DNA from: Azolla caroliniana
Lineage: Eukaryota > Plantae > Polypodiophyta
Direction: 5' to 3'
NCBI GenBank assembly: GCA_043228905.1
Contig: JBHGNT010000005.1
Location: forward strand, 13,702,001 to 13,766,000
Length of the DNA stretch: 64,000 bases
Program-made: the position numbers and the translations under genes
In this document: piece by piece, positions 59,284 through 64,000 of the stretch
Layout of the letters: each line of letters opens with the position of its first letter
Position numbering within the stretch: the first letter of the stretch is position 1
Notes under the pieces: model-generated
What the model saw: only the letters and a program-made list of their open reading frames with translations
Told to the model about the DNA's origin: nothing
Database searches by the model: none

Positions 59284-59482
59284 TTGAGAGACTTGAACCC
59301 ACATCCTTATATACGATGTACAATGTACATACCACTAGGCTAGGCTATTTATTTGTAAAAGTGTGTAATAAATGTGCTTCACGATATAAGAATGAAGCTA
59401 TATATTGTATTAAGTAAAATTGAGGGACTTGAACCCTCAACCTTGTATACCAAGCACCAAGCATACACCACTAAGCTAGGTT
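59284..59482 (-). promoter_or_regulatory. two tandem antisense tRNA-type A/B-box modules in the LTR U3
   Basis: Unit 1: TAGCCTAGTGG (59342-59332), 32 nt, GGTTCAAGTC (59299-59290). Unit 2: TAGCTTAGTGG (59478-59468), 32 nt, T-arm GAGGG-TTCAAGT-CCCTC, then TTTT. Confidence 0.75.
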
Positions 59483-60129
59483 AGTTATTTTAGAATGCAT
59501 TTTCATCATTATAATTATCTCATATCTATTTTCATACATTGCCATCATTCATCACATGCAATGCATGTGCGCCAAATGGCGATCATGCATTACATGTAAC
59601 TCATGCATGCCATGCTCCCATACATTACCATATGCATGGCAACACTTATATAAGAGGGGAAAGGGAAAACAAGGAAGGGAATCAAGAGAAAGGGAGAGAA
59701 ATAAGATAATCAAAAAAACAAATAAGTTAGCTTATTGGTGAAGAGGCTCGTGTTTCCAAGTTGGAGTGAAGAGTTCGAATCAAGGGTCGGTAGAGAAAGG
59801 GTTCATCTTGCTACCAAACATTGTAAAGTTGGTAAAATCTTGTATTCGTAATACATATCATATACTTTTTTGTCTTAAATCATACTTTGTCTCTATCTTG
59901 CGTCTTGAATCATACATTGCCTCTATCTTTTATCTATACTAGTCTCTCTCTCACACATATTACTTTAAACTATTATTCTTCATATCCTTTATCTTCCTAA
60001 CATTTGAGCGCAAGCCTTATAAAAGTTCCTTCAACTCCCCTTAACCTTAGTCCCTGCGACTTCGCCGCACGAACCACAACTACCCCGACACATTTGGTGA
60101 ACCCGACATGAAGGCGGTGACGAGGAGAA

Positions 60130-62244
60130 ATGGAGGAGCAAATGAGGCTTATGTGTACGATGATGGAACGAGTGATGCGGGAACAAGGGATGATGGCAAG
60201 CATCGACAAAGCCGTCGACAATATTCTCGCACGAGTAGGAATCTTCGAAGGTATAAATTTAACAAGATTTCTGAAGATTTATAATGAAGAAATGCTTAAA
60301 CGCGGTGTCGACGAAGCTACAAAAATTAATAGCTTTAGTCAAGTCGCTGTGATTGGGCTACAAGAGAGGATCCAAGAGCTCCAAAGGGAGAATCAGACAT
60401 GGACAACATTCGAAAGGGCATTACTCAATGAATACAACCTCAACGATATGTCAAGGATGACAAGGCGAGCTTTCATGGATTGGGTAGAGTCTAATAAACA
60501 TTTAAGTGTTTTGGAAGTATTAAAAGAGTTTTCTGAAAGATTTGATCAACTAAATGTTAGAGATAGAAATATAATAGTGCCAGATAAAGTAATATTGTTT
60601 CTACAAGCTACTAATATTAAAGACAGGAAGGACTTGGGAATGCTTTTAGAATATCAGAATAGTCCAAGTGGACTTACCGAAGATTGGGAGGAGGTGAAAA
60701 GGGCGTGCGCCCATTTCTGCAAAAGAAAGTTATGGTTTATGGAGTTGCCCGACAGAAATGATGAAGAAACGGGGAACGAGTCGGGAGAAAAGAAAGTAGA
60801 AGAATCACTCTTACACGAATTAGTGAAAGGCATGAAAGACTTGTCAATCAAAGTGACGAAGCTAGAATCAGGACAAAGCTCGACTTCATCAAGGCAGGGA
60901 GGTGGAATGGTCCGAAGGTGTATGTGGTGTGATAGTATCGACCACCAGAAGAAAGATTGTCAAGAGCATAGGGATGCTCTTAATCATAATAAAATCTACT
61001 ATCAAGATGGCAAGATTCACTCAATTGAGACTCGACAACCACTTCAACTCAACTTCGGGCGAGGAGGAATGAAAAGGCTAATGGAAGATGCCGAGAGAGA
61101 AACGACTCAAGCGATACAATCCGTGGCAACCTTAGGATTGCACGTAGAAGACTCATATGGTGGATCTGGCTTTTGGCAAGATGTGATGGATTATGCAAGA
61201 AAAGGGAAGGTTCGAGTGGATGAATTAAAAAGAGCGAGAGATGAAATACGAAACTTCACTGGATGGAATGATCCAGTAGACGCGCTATCAGCATTCGCCC
61301 AAGTGAATGCACAAGATGTGCTAGTGGAAGAGAAGCGGAAGAGAGCTGAGGAAGCTAATCCGACAAAGAGACAAGAGACACGAGAACAAAAGAGAAGGGA
61401 GATGGAAAAGGGTGCTATTGAGCCGAAGGAAGCTGATAAAGTAAAAGGAAAGACAGGCCCATCTTTCAAGCTTGCCTCAGACATAGAAACAACGACGGAT
61501 ATAAAAAAGGTACTAGAAACAAGAATATTAAATAGTAAGGTAGAATTTACTTTAAGAGAAGTGTTGGGTATAGCAAAGAAAGAATTTCATGAAGTTATCA
61601 TAGATATTATTAGAAGGAAGAGACAGGTGACGGAGGAAATTACGGGAGGGTGTGCAGCAACACTCCAAGATTTGTATGGTGGCACTATCAATGCTACAAG
61701 TGTAAAAAACCAGAATGATGTTGGCGTCCATGAAGGGGATAGGAGTCACTATACAAGGGACCATTGGGCTCGAGCAACAACGGAGGCACCTGCAAAAATT
61801 GGGGAGCAGCAAATTCCATGTATTGCTTTGATCGATCATGGATCAGAGATTAACATGATGTCATCGGAATTTTACGCTCGAGGACGATGGCCAATCGACA
61901 AGAATCATGGGTGGAAAATAAGAGCTGCCACAGAAACTACGGAAGATCTATTCGGAGCATGTCCTAGTGTGAAGGTAACAATTGGTGATGTCTCGGTGAA
62001 TCAAAATTTCTTTGTGCAGGATCGATCAACCTACCCCGTCATCCTTGCCCAGCCCTACATCACCGCAGTGAGGATGGAAACAAAGGTTATTGATGATGGT
62101 TCGGCTTTCGCGAGAATCAAGAGTCAAGATGGAAGAAAGACTGTCCAATTCTTAACCGTGAGGCCCAACCATGAAAGAAACAAAGAATGCTTGAGGGAAC
62201 ATCCAATTCAAGAGATGGATGAAGAGTTTTCCCAGGATTTTTAG
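60130..62244 (+). CDS. gag: Gag-protease polyprotein, intact
   Basis: 704 aa; CMWCDSIDHQKKDC knuckle; LIDHGSEINMM protease motif; ends at GGATTTT-TAG. Confidence 0.9.
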   Translation: MEEQMRLMCTMMERVMREQGMMASIDKAVDNILARVGIFEGINLTRFLKIYNEEMLKRGVDEATKINSFSQVAVIGLQERIQELQRENQTWTTFERALLNEYNLNDMSRMTRRAFMDWVESNKHLSVLEVLKEFSERFDQLNVRDRNIIVPDKVILFLQATNIKDRKDLGMLLEYQNSPSGLTEDWEEVKRACAHFCKRKLWFMELPDRNDEETGNESGEKKVEESLLHELVKGMKDLSIKVTKLESGQSSTSSRQGGGMVRRCMWCDSIDHQKKDCQEHRDALNHNKIYYQDGKIHSIETRQPLQLNFGRGGMKRLMEDAERETTQAIQSVATLGLHVEDSYGGSGFWQDVMDYARKGKVRVDELKRARDEIRNFTGWNDPVDALSAFAQVNAQDVLVEEKRKRAEEANPTKRQETREQKRREMEKGAIEPKEADKVKGKTGPSFKLASDIETTTDIKKVLETRILNSKVEFTLREVLGIAKKEFHEVIIDIIRRKRQVTEEITGGCAATLQDLYGGTINATSVKNQNDVGVHEGDRSHYTRDHWARATTEAPAKIGEQQIPCIALIDHGSEINMMSSEFYARGRWPIDKNHGWKIRAATETTEDLFGACPSVKVTIGDVSVNQNFFVQDRSTYPVILAQPYITAVRMETKVIDDGSAFARIKSQDGRKTVQFLTVRPNHERNKECLREHPIQEMDEEFSQDF

Positions 62245-64000
62245 ATAGGGCTTTTACAGGTAGGGGCTGTGATAGCCCGAGCATAAAAGAAAACCCCATA
62301 AATAATAATGTAAATAAAGATATTCCTTGTACAATCTCATCTAATGGTGCTACTTTTATACTAAAAGTAAATAATAATAAAATACAAAATGCTTTCGAGT
62401 ACTTTAAGTGTTCTGGATTAATAGATGATGATGAAGAAATTCAGGATATGTTTGAAGAATTAAGTTTTGAAGATACAATAACTCATTTGGAAGCAATGGA
62501 AGAAGACAACGAAATCCAAGTTCCTGTCCATTCAATCAAGATGTATGAGGTCATTGAAGAAGTTGCTCGAAAGGATCATGAAGCACATGTACTAACAAAG
62601 TCCTATTGTTGCTCCACTTCCAGGGGATAGTGAAAAGGCAATCAAAGAAGCAGCCACAGAGCCAATGATCAGAGACCCACGAAAGGTAGGACATGTGTTT
62701 ACTCCAGAAACAATACAAGGGATGAAAATAGGAGGGGGTGACTTCCTATTACCCGCTGAAGAAAAGCAGTTCAGGGAGATGTTAAAAAGGCATGGAAAGG
62801 CGTTCGCATTCCAACCGGAGGAAATAGGGTGTGTGGATCCAGAAATTGTGGAGCCCATGGTTATATTCACTATCCCTCATATTCCATGGAACTTTAAGCC
62901 AATACCCATGCCTAGGGCTAGAATCCCTCAACTATTAGAACTTTTGAAAGAAAAGATAAGGATGGGTATCTTGGAACCATCGAACGCTCCTTACTCGAGT
63001 CGATGGTTCACTGTGTTAAAGAAAGATGGGCGACTCCGATTTATCCAAGATATGCAACCCGTGAATAAGGTAACAATCCGAAACTCGGGAGTAGGGCCAA
63101 TTGTGGATGAGTTTGTTGAGATGTTTGCAGGAAGAGCTATATATTCAATGGGAGACCTTTATTCCAGGTATGATCAATTTCAACTTGCTATCAAAAGTCG
63201 AGATATAACTTCTATCAAGACACCTATAGGGTTAGTACGGATGTGCACCTTGCCGCAAGGAGCGACCAACTCAGTGGCGCATATGATGAATGGAATGAAC
63301 AAGGTACTTCGTGATTTTATTCCTCATATTACAATGCCTTTTCTAGATGATGTTCCAATTAAGGGATGCAAGGAGGAAGAGAAGAACGAGGAATTGGACG
63401 AAAGTGGTTGCCGTCAATTCGTTGCTGATCATATCAAGGATTGTGAGAAGGTGCTATCAAGGATGGAAGAAGTGCATTTGACCTTATCAGGGGCGAAGTC
63501 AATATTTGGGGCAAAAGAGATATTAATAGTTGGTCATATGTGTGGCCCGTATGGGAGAAAGCCATCCCCAACCAAGGTCAATGCAATTCAAAATATGCAA
63601 GAGGAATGTACATCCATCTCAGAAGTACGAAGGTTTTTGGGGGTATGTGTTTTTTACTGTAAATGGATTCCGCATTATGCCCATTTATCTGAACCTTTAT
63701 ATAGACTCCTAAGAAAAGGAGAGACATTTGAATGGAGTGAAGAGCATTCAGAGGCAATGAAGAAATTGAAGTACTACTTGGCACAATCTCCACCATTAAA
63801 GCAACCAGACTACACCCGGCCCATATATCTCACAGTAGACTCTAGTCCCATTGGAATTGGATGGGTGATAAGCCAACAAGATAGGGAAGAAAGGTATCCA
63901 GTCCGATTCGGGGCAAAGGTTCTTAGTGGTCGACAAAGAAAATATGCACAGGTGAAAAGAGAGCTATGAGGGATAGTAACAGTTGTAAAGACAGACAGAG
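62235..64000 (+). pseudogene. pol: Pol (RT, RH start) in the -1 frame; small deletion ~62600, stop at 63967
   Basis: YSSRWFTVLKKDGRLRFIQD; DLYSRYDQF; PFLDDVP; LTVDSSPIG. Confidence 0.9.

Larger units (their letters stand above)
59224..64000 (+). mobile_element. Ty3/gypsy element, tRNA-Trp PBS group, running off the window
   Basis: 5' LTR 59224-60090 (TGTCG..CGACA), TATA ~59647, PBS TGGTGAACCCGAC from 60095. Confidence 0.9.

Overview
Eukaryotic heterochromatin-like window made almost entirely of nested LTR retrotransposons. The host is probably a non-seed land plant such as a moss; this is inferred from the TE lineages (Tcn1-like chromovirus, Sola-like transposase). No intact host gene is present. 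Order of contents: (1) an eIF4B/Prp22 chimeric gene fragment beside a MULE-TIR-like repeat (~545-1986). (2) A large minus-strand Ty3/gypsy element (~2083-24653) with a 3' extra ORF. It is interrupted by a very young gag-only element (6277-9639) and by a solo LTR (11089-21371), which itself contains a Tcn1-like chromovirus (11421-16981) and a second single-ORF element (17683-20986). (3) The 3' end of a related Ty3 (24654-~30658) with a full-length degenerate copia inside its LTR (24866-30311). (4) Several rearranged copia copies of two families (30659-54213), one carrying a Trp-primed Ty3 (42161-48407). (5) A gag-only remnant (54228-56169), a Sola1-like DDD transposase pseudogene (~56170-58541) and a Trp-primed Ty3 running off the window (59224-64000). 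Main unexplained signals: (a) two different Ty3 families have no polypurine tract; a sense copy of a tRNA-Arg-like 3' end sits 2 nt before the 3' LTR (an inverted second PBS, suggesting tRNA-primed plus-strand synthesis). (b) Four unrelated LTR families carry tRNA-type Pol III A/B-box modules at the U3 edge, antisense to the element. (c) The TGTCG-ended Ty3 group inserts at CpG-centred sites, with 4-bp TSDs where clearly resolved. All coordinates and alignments were read by eye.
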